Shown here: piece by piece, positions 1 through 12,324 of the stretch
How the letters are laid out: every line of letters begins with the position of its first letter
How positions within the stretch are numbered: position 1 is the first letter of the stretch
Assembly (NCBI GenBank): GCA_016748015.1
Contig: JAAOMT010000741.1
Location: 310,001 to 374,000 of the forward strand
Source of the DNA: Geosiphon pyriformis uo1
Lineage: Eukaryota; Fungi; Glomeromycota
Length of the DNA stretch: 64,000 nt
Reading direction: 5' to 3'
Translations under genes and position numbers: made by a program
Notes under the pieces: generated by a model
Seen by the model: only the letters and a program-made list of their open reading frames with translations
Told to the model about the DNA's origin: nothing
The model's database searches: none

Positions 1-74
1 GATTTAGCTTTTCACTTTCTTTTTCCTCCTAGTTACCTTTAGTTATTTTTTTTGACATATCTAATTTTGTTGTA

Positions 75-2032
75 ATAGAACTAGTAGGCTCTTCTGCTGG
101 TGGTTTTAATACTGGTTTGACTGGATTGGGATTCCAGTCTGAAACTAAAAAGAAAGCACAAGTTGAAAGTGTCTACACTCATAATTTTTCATACAAAAAA
201 TCAAAAAAATCTGGTGTTACTGGAGTTGTGGTGGACTCATTAGCTGGATCTCTTCTTGTACATGTTTTACAGACTAACTGTAGTAAATGCAAGGTGTCTT
301 GAGGTAGTGAGGTTGAAAGTGAAGATGCCAGCATTAGTGAAGTGTTGGATGTTGAGAACATGGACAACATAGTAGCTGAAGAGACTAGTTATATAGATTC
401 CAACACTTCTGAGACTGATAATATGGTGGACAATACAACTTCTAGGAAAATGCAAACAAAAACCTATGTTTTGGGACTGTTACCAAAAACACCTTCTTTC
501 AAAAACTTGAGTGATGATAATACTGAGTTGGTGCTTCCTGAGTCTAAATTTGTTGGGTCCAATCAGCTGCTGTCAGCCAAATCATGTGTTCCGGATAGAC
601 ATAGCTTTGAGCCAGTTAAATCATTTGTTTTAGACATGGAGTTGGCTGCTGTGCCTGGAAAAACTAATGGTGATAAATTAATTTTAATTAAAAAATTTTT
701 TATAGAATTAATGGTTTTGGGGGGGCGTTAACTCCTTCAAAATTCTTAGGAATTATCAAAGCTTTATTCACTTCTGAGTTTAATATGAATAAGGCAAAGA
801 AATTGGCAATCTGTGAGAAAATTATTGTTAATAATGATTTAAGAAAGGTAAACAGCTGTTCAGATTGGGAGGTAATCATCAAGAAGATCCCAGTTAATTT
901 TCCCAAATTGGCTATAGAATCTGTTTTTTCTAAGTTTGGCAAGATTGTATCAATTAAGGTACAGCTGATTGGTTTGTGGCAAAAAGCCTTAGTGAAGTTT
1001 GAGTCATCTGAAATAGCTAATTTGGTCACAGCTAGATGGCCTGTCTTCATGAAAAAGGATTTTGTTCATGTGGTAAAAGCTGTTAATAATAAACAGACAT
1101 GGGTTTCCAGAGATCAACATCAAACTTTGTTGTACACACTTTCTGTTGGCACTACTGCTTATGATTTGTCAAGTTTAGTGGATTCTTATGGTAGGAAAAC
1201 TTGCTTTATTGGTCATAATCCTGGTTCATATGCTCATAATAGATGTGTGGTTGTATGTTTCAATAATGAAGTGTCCAAATTGGCTGTTATTGATTCTGTT
1301 TCAGTTTATAAGGGTGTAAATTTGTGCTGGGTTGGTCTTTCTTTGGCTCATTGCACCAAGTATAAACATTTTGGTCATATTTTTGATGTGTGTTTGGTTG
1401 GTAGGAATTCTGGGGTTCATTGTAAACAGGTAGTATCTTCCCAAGATTAGGTCCATCTGGCTAATATTTATAAGAGAAAGCAAGCTCCAGTTGTCTGTCT
1501 GGTATTTTTTGGTGGAAAAACTTGGGCTCAAATTGCTAGTAGCTTATCTTTTCATGTGGCCTCATCAGTTCCTTCTGGTGCTGGTTCAACTTTAAGTGTG
1601 AAACTTTTGGTGGTGGCTTTCAATTCTCTTGATAATTCTGGTTTGACTGACCACATGGTTTCTTTGGAGTGCTCTATAGAGCTTTTATCAGATCAAGTCT
1701 CTGAGATTTTGAGGAAATTGAGCTTTGTAAAATTAGTGCTGATGTTATCTTCATCTTGTATTCTCTCTCATATTGTTGCTTCTCCCATGGACTTGGCTTT
1801 GAATATAGATATGGCTGTAGATAGCATGGTAGTGCCTTCTCTACCTTCTTCTCCAGCAGTTGGAAACACTACCCCTGAACTGAGTTTGAGCAGCTCAAAG
1901 ATTTTTACCATTAAAGTGGGTGGTTTGGAATCAAAGATGATGGCTCTGGAAGTTTTAGTTGGTTTGGTTTTGACAAGATTAGACTCTTTGTGTTTTGGTT
2001 TGAGTTCATCAGCTCCTTCTCCATCTCAATAA
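75..2032 (+). pseudogene. LINE-1w ORF1 (RRM + CCHC + coiled coil), disrupted
   Basis: Decayed start ATA-GAA-CTA at 75; fragments 117-302, 342-731, 785-1450 and 1556-2032 are homologous to LINE-2w ORF1 (KFGKIVSIKVQLIGLWQKA vs EFGEIKSITIQLIGMWQKT). Confidence 0.85.
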
Positions 2033-3829
2033 TTGATTTAATTTGGAAGATTGCTATATGCAACATTAGAGAAATAAATAATCCTGCAAAGCAGGGTGAT
2101 ATAGTTCATTGGCATAAGGAAATGAACAATTTGATTTCCATTGTTACTGAGACTAAATTGAAAAATAAGGTTTATTTATGAATCGTGAACAGATTTGATG
2201 GTGTTCATGTCTTCACTTCTGGGATAGATTCTGGTTATCTGGGTTCAGACATAGCTATTATTATGAACACTTTTTTGGCTCATTATGTGTACAAGGTTTC
2301 TGAGATGCCTGGTCGGATTCTTTGTGTTAAGTTGCTTTTTAAGAATAAGCTTTCTGTGTCAATTTTGGGGTTGTATGTTGGTGCTTCCTTGGTGGTTTGG
2401 TTTTCTCAGGCTGGTGACATCAATTCTCTTATTGCAAAGGCTGTAAACGAGTCTTTTTTCGTCATTCTTGACAGTGATTTTAATGAGGATGAATCTCATA
2501 AATGTGCCAGTTTCAAGAAATGCTTTGATTTGGGTCTGGTCAACTCTTTGGCTGGTAGTATATTTGCCAAGATATCTACATGGTGCAATTCTCATGCAAT
2601 TGCTAAAACAATTGATTATGTGTTCATTTTCTCAAATTTGGTCAATGTAATAATAGGTTACAAAGTGGCTAGTATCATGGATTATTTTGATACTGATTAC
2701 ATGGCTGTTTCTGTTTCTGTGGGTCTGGGTGGTTTGTTAGATGTTTAGCTGTCATTGCTATACAAGCAGACAAACAAGGATTGTTGGAAGTATGACATTA
2801 AAAGTGCTAATAAAAGAAAGTAGTGTGAGTTTAAGAATATCACAGCTGTTAATACTGCTATGTTTTCAAGTACATTTGTGATGGCTAAGAGGTCTTTGGA
2901 TCTGGATGCAATGTAAAACATTGTTCATAAGGTTGTGGTTTCTTCAGCTGATTGAACATTCAAAAGGAAATAGTTCAAAGATTATAACAGTGTTTTTACC
3001 AAGGTGTCTTCTAAGTTTCATAAACTGGAATTGCTGGTGTCTAGGCTGGTGAAAGCTTCTTGTTTGGTCTTAAGTGATGATTTTGTTTCATTGCTGGATA
3101 CATGGAACAGGCTTAACTCTAGTAATACAGCAGAAGTAAAGTCTCTTTTTTTTTTAGGTTCTATTTTTGATGCTATTCATTCTGAGTTGGCAAAAGCAAG
3201 AAAGTTTTACTATTCTTTCAAGTTACTGAAATCCAAGTATGCTGAAGAATCTTGCATCAAGCAGACCATTATCAGTAGAATGGAAAGTTTTGAATTAGAT
3301 AAGAGTTGTATCATCAGGAGTGTGTTGGAGTGTCCTTTTCATAAGATAGTATTGGATCATTTAGTTGTAGGTGATGAATTGGTTTTGGAGCCTGATTTGG
3401 TTAAGTCTAAAGTAGATAAGATTATGAAGAGTTGGACAAGAAAGCATGAGGTAGTGTCTGATATCTTTGATGATTGGACTTGTCAATATTAGTCTTTGGA
3501 TTATGTTTTTGATGGTGTATTTTTTAGTGTAATATATCTGATTGATTCTGATGAATTGTTTGTTGTGGTTTCAAATCTGCCTAATGGGAAAGCAGCTGGG
3601 CTTTCTGGTATCTCTAATGAATTGTGGAAACACTGTAACAACTCAGTCTTGGCTATGCTTTTTGTGCTCTTAAATCTGTGTCTGATTCATAAATCAGTAC
3701 CTGGGTCTTGGAGGGAAGCTTGGATTTCAATGATTCCTAAGCCATATGAATGGAAAGATGTTTTTACAAATACTTGTCCTATTGCTTTGATTGAAATGGC
3801 TTGCAAAATTCTTTTCAAGATTCTTTTGG

Positions 3830-4112
3830 TGTTACCAGACGAAATTAGAGATATTATTTAGCATGAAATTATCTTTATAATTCCTATCATTAATTAGCAT
3901 ATATTATTGTTTCAAATTATTACTTATTACATTAGCAAAATGTCTGAAATTATCATTTAATTAATAACCCAATTCATACATAACACAAATGTAACCTAAT
4001 TGTGATGATCAATCATGCAATACCCTGAAATATGTAACATTCAAAAGTTCGCCGAAATTTGTAGAAATTTGCCGAAATAATTGATAGTTTACCAAAATAT
4101 CTAATAGTTCGC
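3830..4112 (+). repeat. Extra partial LTR (first 283 bp of the A LTR) in front of the full 5' LTR
   Basis: Starts TGTTACCAGACGAAATTAGAG and matches 4113-4395; ends in TCGC immediately before a second TGTTACCAGA start. Confidence 0.93.
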
Positions 4113-5097
4113 TGTTACCAGATGAAATTAGAGATATTATTTAGCATAAAATTATCTTTATAATTCCTATCATTATTTAACATATATTATCATTTCAAAT
4201 TATCACTTATTACATTAGCAAAATATCCGAAATTATCATTTAATTAATAATCCAATTTGTACATAACACAAATATAATCTAATTGTGATGATCAATCATG
4301 CAATACTCCAAAATATGTAACATTCAAAAGTTCACCGAAATTTGTAGAAATTTGCCAAAATAATTAATAGTTCACCAAAATATCTAATAGTTTACAGAAA
4401 TAACTTGTAGTTCGCTGAAATGTATTTTTAGTTCAGCAAAATTGTAGAAAAAAACAAAGTTCAAGTTCATAGAATAATGATACAATAAGTTGTATAAAAG
4501 AAGAGCTTCTCTCTTCAAGAAAATGTATCTTATTCAGATTTATCACTTAGAACTATTCTTACACACACAAAAAGAAATAAAATATCAAATAATTCAAAAA
4601 ACCAATTTTTTTTAAAATATTGCACTTAGAAAATCTCCAAAAACCCAACTAATGTTTTGAAATTGATTAGCTACTAATTTCAGTAAACTGTTAGTGACTC
4701 CAGGCCTGGATAGAAAACGTTTCCCTTGACAGAATTCTATTTTTTTTACATTTCTTTATTTTCTTTCTTTTATTTTTTTATTATAATTATTAAGGTAGCC
4801 TGCAGACGAGATTCCTGTAGAAGAGTTGACTTTCACAGCAAAGTAACTACACATTTTTAGTGAGCTTCCAGACAAGCAATTCTTGGGAAAGAGTTGACAT
4901 TTACTACAATGTAACTACATGAAGCAACTGGCACAGAATTGGCCATTCCACTTATAAGCCCAGCAGTTCAAATTATAGAAAATATTTTGAAGATAAAATT
5001 CAGTTATCGGAGGTTTAAACACTTCCCATAGTTGTGAATTAACAGCACTACAACAAACATACAAGAGCTAAAAAGAGACCAAAAACCTCTGGTAACA
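4113..5097 (+). repeat. Element A 5' LTR (985 bp)
   Basis: TG...CA termini with an inverted repeat; co-linear with 13013-13997. Confidence 0.96.
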
Positions 5098-5099
5098 TT

Positions 5100-5111
5100 T
5101 GGTGCTCTCCC
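5100..5111 (+). promoter_or_regulatory. Primer-binding site of element A (tRNA not assigned)
   Basis: TGGTGCTCTCCC lies 2 nt after the LTR; related PBSs follow LTR ends at 27160, 30521, 38303 and (minus strand) 52392. Confidence 0.8.
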
Positions 5112-5142
5112 ACAGAAACAACACAGCAAAAACAACTTCAAA

Positions 5143-8100
5143 GTGGCGATCACACCAGATGCAACAACTCTAGAGTATTACCAGTTAATCTACACTCACT
5201 GCAAGCAAAAATTCAACATTCCAGATGGAATTGAAATTGTTAAGAAATCAGTATACCAATACATTGAAAACCACATCAACAATTATCTTTTTGGAAATTA
5301 CAATATCTCAGAAGTTAGAAGCAACCTTTACAATAATTTAGTACACTATTCACAGTTGGGAACTGAAGACCTTAACAGTGAAACACTTGCCACTTACTTT
5401 CAAGAACTTAATTTTAACATTATCAAGTACTGTGAAGAAACATATTCAGTATAGTCTCTATACTCTATTAATTTTGAATCAGAGACAGAAACAAGCAACA
5501 AAGGCAAACAAAAATTGAAGCAATACTCAAAAACCACCCCAAATACTCCAATACTACCAAAAACAACTGCCAAACACTTACAAACACCTGAACAAGAAAC
5601 CAGTTCAAAACTTCTACTTACTATCACACTTTTTCCAGCTTTACTTGCACAAGCACAAACACCTAATTCACTCTTAAATCAATTTGCAAGACTAGAAGAT
5701 TTTACATCACTCAAAAGTCCCACCAGACAACAAGAACTCCTTTAAACTAGTTCTAATCTTCTTGACTTTCTAGCTGAAAATCAAAGTGAACACTCTGAGA
5801 CAGCAGCAAATAAAGAAAACGACTCTGAAATATCTGAAGAAGAATCAATAGACAGTGAAAATGAAGAAGACAAAATGACAGCATACATCGCAAAAATTCC
5901 TGAATTTAATGGAGAAGACATTAAGACCAGTCCCCAAGAATGGCTCAACCAAGTTACTAAAGCTGAAGATGCAAATGGATGGAATGCTGCCAGAATGTTA
6001 AGAACAATTCCCTACTTTTTCAAAAGAACAGCAGGCAAATAGTTTGAAAACTTGACCACCTCTTTTAATGACTGGACAGCTTTCAAAACTGCCTTCTTAG
6101 AACAATTCACCAATAACAACACCTCAATCACACTTCGAAATCATTTTCGCAACATCAAATAAGAACCCTCCAAATCTGTTATAACTTATATTAGGAAATT
6201 CAACAAACTTCTTAGACGAATTCGCCAACTTGAAACTAATAATTATTATTCCAATGCTCAAATCTTGGATCAATTTATTGCTGGTTTAAAGGATAAACTG
6301 ATTAAAAAAGTTCACTCACATGCCCCAGAAGATTTAAACTCTGCCATTCAGCATGCAAAGAGATATGAAATGGCCATGAAAAAAGCCAATCATACAAAAC
6401 TCATGAACTTAACCATTGGAGAGACCAGCTCAGCAGCTGAAGAAAAAATTGACCAACTCACAAAAAAAGTCAAAAACTATTTCATCAACCAACAACAACA
6501 GCAACCCCAAAGATATCAACCACCCCAAAGACAGAATCAAAACAACTTCACATTATCCTCTAATAACCAGCCTTAGAATTGCCATTACTGTGGAATTCCT
6601 GGCCACTGGAAAAAAGATTGCAGAAAGCTACAATGAGACCAACAGAATAGGAGTAATCAACGTTACTCTTCGCCACAACAATCTTATTACCAACTACCAC
6701 TACCACCAGCTTACTATTCACCAAGACCACAATATCAAACTGACTACTATCAACCTGCTCCACAGCCAATGCAACAACAGTATCAATAACCCATTCAATA
6801 TTACCAAGTACCTGCTCGAAGATTGGTTCAACAAAACCAATTTGCACCACAAAACCAATTTGCAACAAACAACAACAGAATCAACCCAAATAACCAATTA
6901 GTTCCTCGAAATCCAGCTCAACCAAGACCCACCCATTATCATACTCAACCTAGCTATCTTAAAATACCTGAAGAACAGGATTTTTACCATACTGCACTCT
7001 CGAAAGGTAGAGCTGCAGTATGACAACAAAACCCTTCCTATACTTTTACCACAATCCCACCAGCCAGAATTGCTGAAAATGCCAACCTTTCAGATATATT
7101 CTCTTTTAAGTTTGAAGCAAATAAGTTACTATTCCTGCTTAGCAATGCAGCTGCCAATAAACAAAAAGCAATCACTGCTATGTACACTGAAGCAGAAGTC
7201 GAAGGAAAAGCAATTTGCTTGATCCTAGACAGTGGATCCACCAGAAGCATCATCATCTACCAGTTAATGCAACAGTTAAAGAAAAATGTCGACTGACTAG
7301 CTCAAACAATAATTGTTACTGCTGATGGCATAAAAAAAACTCCAATAGGAGAAATTGACAATTTTTCATTCACTCTTGATGGAATCACTATTTCAGTCAA
7401 AGTTCTTGTAATGGACACACTTCAGTATTAAGCCCTTGTCAGAAATGATTGGCTCCAAAAAACCAATGCAAAATTAGACTGAAAAACCCAAGAATTACAA
7501 CTTTCCTATTAAGGACAACATGTCCGAGTACCCACTACTTGTGGTACATTCAACAAATGATCAGAGAAAGCTCCTGTCTTTGAATTTAAAGAAGAGGAAG
7601 AAAAGCCTGTAGTCGAAATATTTATGGCACTTGAATCAACATCTAACTGGGCTGAAGAAACTGAGCAAATGTATTTTGCAACAAACTCATATTCAGAGGA
7701 ACCAGAAACCTCTGAATAGAACATCTCATATTCTAAACCAGAACCAAAGAAACAACACCCTTACATTCCACTCAAATGCAAGGACTGCCACAAGAAACTC
7801 TCCTCAATGGGAGCCTGTATTTCACCTGAAGAAAAATATGAAAATCATACTTGTTATTACTGTAAGGCTTGCCACAGAGAATGATGGAGCCATCTAATAA
7901 AAAGAAGTGGAAAATAGAACAACACCCTTTGTTTGACTTGTGGAGATATACTACCAGAAGAATGCAATTGGATTGATGTAGCAATGAAAGGAGGAATCTG
8001 CAATCAAATCTGCCAATATGCTTTATCAATTTCAGAAAAAGTCAAAAGAAGAACACCTTTTGATGCAGCATACAACAATGCTCTCAACAAACTTTATTAC

Positions 8101-10770
8101 TACTCCCATGATGCTGAGATGATTTTCGACCTAGCAATGGCATTAGTTAATAGAGCTACCAAAGAAGATGTTTGTCAAATAAAAGAAGCAGAATACATTA
8201 AATACATCATAGAATTAGCTGGATTTGATTATGAAGATGAGGTAGAAGTGTACCATCAAATCACAAGTCACACCTACCCAACTAAAGAAGCTTAAGCTCA
8301 ATGGCTAGAACAAATGAACATTAAATTATGTAAGGAATGCATAATGCCTTGTGATGAACAATGGTGTTCTGAATGCTATGTTCTTAGTATTCCCTTGCCC
8401 AGCGAAAGTGATAAATACAAAATTGAATTTGGAGAATCTGAAGCAATAGAAGAAATTAAAACAACACCCATCTATCTTATCAAAAATCAGCCTGTCTTAC
8501 AACTCAAATACTTCAACAACAATGGACAAGGAATAAAACCCAAAAAAGCACATGAAATTGATACTGAATATGACTTAAGATATCCAGACAAGGATACTCT
8601 TGTTCTCAAACCCAAATCTCTCACAAAAATCAACCTCAAAATTGCTCTCGAAATCCCACCAGGAGCAATAGTTCAAATCACCTCCCAGTCCTCTCTGGCA
8701 AGCAAAAGAATTAATGTCAGAGGAGGAATAATCAATGCTGGATATACTGGTGACATAACAGTAATACTCCAAAACAAAACTGACAAGCCATTTAAGATTG
8801 AACATACTGAGAAAATTGCCCAAGCCATTTATTTACTCTTAATCAACATTTCAAGTTTACAATTAGTCAATCAAAGAGAACTATTGGAAAAAAGGGAAAG
8901 AGGAACCCAAGGTTTTGGTTCAACTGGACAATTCACAATTCCAGTAAACATAGTCCTCAATGAACAGAAAGAATCTTACCAAATTTTACAACTTCCACAA
9001 CCAATTATCATTTCACTCTTTGGAGAATACTCTGAAATTTACACTTGTGAAAAGCCAACAACTACACAACAAATTTTTGAGTCCAAAGAACAAATCTGCT
9101 TAAAACATAATATCTTGATCCCAAACATTTATATTCCAGAAGGAACAAAGAAAATCCAAGTTACTTTTTACAATCCCAATAATTTCCCCATAGTTTTATT
9201 AAATAACTTAGAAATTGGAGTTATTTACAGTAATATCTTTTAACAAGAACTACTCCAAATAGTTCTCAATTTCTCGGAAATCATTGGACATTCACTACCA
9301 AAAATCAATCCAAACTCCAGCTCTGAAAACTACCATGTTGTCATAAAAAAACTATTTCAAATCAACATGGGACAACTTGAACCACAACAACAGAGCCAGC
9401 TCAAAGAGTTAATTGCAGAATTTGCTGATATCTTTGCCAAAAACAACAATGACTTAGGAAGAACTGATTTGGTTCAACACCAAATCTATACAAGAGATGC
9501 TAAACTAAGGTGACAGCAAGCCTACCGAGTTGTTCTAGAAAGTCACCAATTTATCTGTGAAGAAGTACAACAGATGCTCAACAATGGGCTTATTCAACCA
9601 TCAATGAGTTCATGGGCCTTACCTGTGGTCTTAGTTAAAAAAAAAAATGGAAAGATACAATTTTGTGTTGATTATCAACAACTTAACAGTATCACTATTG
9701 GAGATGCCTACCCTCTTTCCTGAATTGATGACATGCTAGATGCTCTTGGAAAGTCCAAATACTTTTCAACATTAGATTTAGAGAGTGGATACTGGCAAGT
9801 TGTCATGGATCCCAAAGATTGCCCCAAAACAGTATTCACCACTCAAGGAGAAAATTACAAGTTCAATATAATGTCTTTCGGATTATGCAATGCATCAGCA
9901 ACATTTCAAAGACTCATGGATGTTATTTACAAAGGCCTCCTTTGGAAATCAGTAGTTGTCTATCTCGATGATACTGATGTTTATTCAACATCTTTTGAAT
10001 TACACTTAAAACACCTGCATGAAGTTTTTCAACAATTACAGAAAGCAGGATTGAAACTGAACATTGAAAAATGCCACTTCGTAAAAACAAGTTTGGCCTT
10101 TCTTGGTCATATTGTTAGCAAAGATGGAATTAAACCAGACCCTGGAAAAATCAGCACTGTCAAAAACTTCAAGACTCCATGAAATACCACAGAATTAAAA
10201 AAATTTATTGGATTAGCATTCTATTACCAAAAATTTATTAAAGAATTCTCAGAAATTGCAAAACCCTTCAACCAGCTTACTACTAAAAACGTCAAATACA
10301 AATGGATGAAAGAACACCAAAAAGCTTTTGAAATTCTTAAGGAAAAACTGACAACAGCTCCAATTCTCACCTACTCAGACTTCAGTAACCAATTTTAACT
10401 AGCTACAGACACTTCTTACACTGCCTTTGGTGCCATCTTATCACAATTAGATGACAATGGAAATGAGCGAGTAATCACTTATGCTAGCAGAACATTAAAA
10501 CCAGCCAAGAAAAACTACTCTGCCACAGAACTAGAAACAGCAGCTGTAATTTGGGCCTTATACCACTTCAACCTTTATCTCAGGCCTAAAGAATTCGACA
10601 TTATTACTGATAATATTGGACTCAAATGGCTTCAAAATAAAAATACTCAGCTGAATGCCAAACAAACCCGATGGACAGAATTTCTAGCCAACTACTGATA
10701 CATTGTACACCATAAACTAAGAAAACTCCATACCAACGTTAATTGTCTTTCAAGAATGAGGCAAGATTAG
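5143..10770 (+). pseudogene. Element A ORF1: Gag-protease-Cys-rich domain-dUTPase-RT-RNase H in one reading frame with nonsense mutations
   Basis: All fragments (5143, 5515, 6265, 6823, 7933, 8314, 9733) share one frame. Motifs: CHYCGIPGHWKKDC, LILDSGS, YFSTLDLESGYWQV, YLDD (9961), LATDTS, NYSATELE; ends NCLSRMRQD-TAG. Confidence 0.92.
8536..8928 (+). other. Trimeric dUTPase domain inside element A Pol, between PR and RT
   Basis: Five motifs in order: EYDL (AGFDL in element C), SQSSLA, GGIINAGYTG, IAQAI, RGTQGFGSTG. Confidence 0.92.
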
Positions 10771-10816
10771 AATACAAAACCAACACCCATTTGAATTAAC
10801 AACAAAACAACAAACA

Positions 10817-12202
10817 ATGAACCCCAAAAACTACAACAATCTTAAACAATATTTGGAGACATTAACAATCCCAACAGATTGGTCCTCAGATAAAAAACAT
10901 CAGTTACAACAACAAACCAAACAATACTTCTTACACAACAACATGATTTATTATCGAAACTTCAGAAACCCAGACAATTCACTCAGATTAATACAAGAAC
11001 ATGAAAAAGAAACCATTTTATATAACATGCACTCAGATCTTTCATCAGCACACTTAGAAAAAGACAGCACCACCCAGAGAACACTAGAATATTACTTTTG
11101 GCCTCAAATGAGAAAAGACATTCATAAATACGTTAAGTCTTGTAATAGTTGTCAAAGAAGAGAAGGAACTCACCCTACAGAACCTTTAAACCCAATTAAA
11201 ATTAGACAGCCTTTTGACTGAGTTGGTATTAATTTAGTCGGACCACTACCTATCACAAACCAAAGAAACCGTTATATTGCAGTAGCTGTAAACTATCTCA
11301 CCAAATGGCCTGAAGCCAGAGCCATTCAATGAGCAAATGCAAAATCAGTAGCAAACTTTATCTACGAAGACATTATTTGTAGACATGAATGCCCAATAGA
11401 ACTTTTATCTGATTAAGGAACACATTTTGTAAACAATTTAATCCAGGAAATTTGTGGATGATTTAATGTCAAGAAACCATTATCTTCGCCCTACCATCCA
11501 CAAACAAATGAACTTGTAGAACATTTCAACAGAACATTATGTGAATCATTAACCAAAGTCTCAACCAATTTTGAGCAAGAATGTGATCTCTTTATTCCAT
11601 CAGTATTACTAGCATATAGAACACTAAAACAAGATACCACAAAACACACACCATTTGATTTAACCTATGGAAGGACAGCAACATTACCAATTAGTTTTAC
11701 AATGGAAACATATCCAGTACAATCAATTAATAAAGACAACTTTCAGGAAACACTACAATAAAAAGCCTATACTCTGCTTAGCATATTGGAAAAAAAATGA
11801 TGAATAGCAGCCACCCATATTAAACACTCCCAAGCTTAACAAAAAGAATGGCATGACAACAAATTGCCTCCAGTTACCAATGAATTTAAAATCAGAAACA
11901 AAGTTTTCTTACACAGAACTAAAGCTGAAAAACAATGGAGTGGAAAATTTGAAAATAAATGGGATGGACCATTCTTTATCCATGAAATCCTAGGCAATAG
12001 ATCAAACAAGTTAAGACTTGATAACAAAATCCTAGTAAAAGTTGCACATGGAGATTGTTTGAAACACTATAATTCCAGAAACAATCCTGAACTATTAATT
12101 CCACAAATTGGTACACATTCTCTTTTAATCAATTCCGAAGATATTCTCTGAAATTTAGAACCAATAGTTGTCATTGAACAATCTCCCAACTTGAACACTT
12201 AA
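10817..12202 (+). pseudogene. Element A ORF2: stand-alone integrase (N-terminal helical region, HHCC, DDE core, GPF/SH3-like)
   Basis: Own ATG (MNPKNYNNLKQYL) in a different frame from RNase H; MHSD..SAHL...YFWP..CNSCQR; PYHPQTN.LVE; TPF..TYGR; KWDGPF. Confidence 0.88.
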
Positions 12203-12324
12203 CTTAAATTTATTATTATAGTTATCTCCTTGTAATTTAGAAACAATCTCACAAAAACAAAGCAAAAATAACATAAAAACCCATACACCAAAAATAATTT
12301 TTTTTTATTTTCAAATCTCTTATA

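Noticed and set aside
3496-3861. ORF ending ...KILLVLPDEIRDII as a novel protein
   Set aside because: It is a junction artefact: the LINE RT frame reads into the LTR of element A at 3830.
5143-10770. Alternative genetic code suggested by many in-frame stops
   Set aside because: Stops of all three types fall at different positions in different copies and derive from CGA/TGG/CAA; host genes use the standard code.
11864-12202. Chromodomain at the integrase C-terminus
   Set aside because: Only a GPF/SH3-like module and a short LEPIV tail are visible; there is no Y.VKW-type motif.
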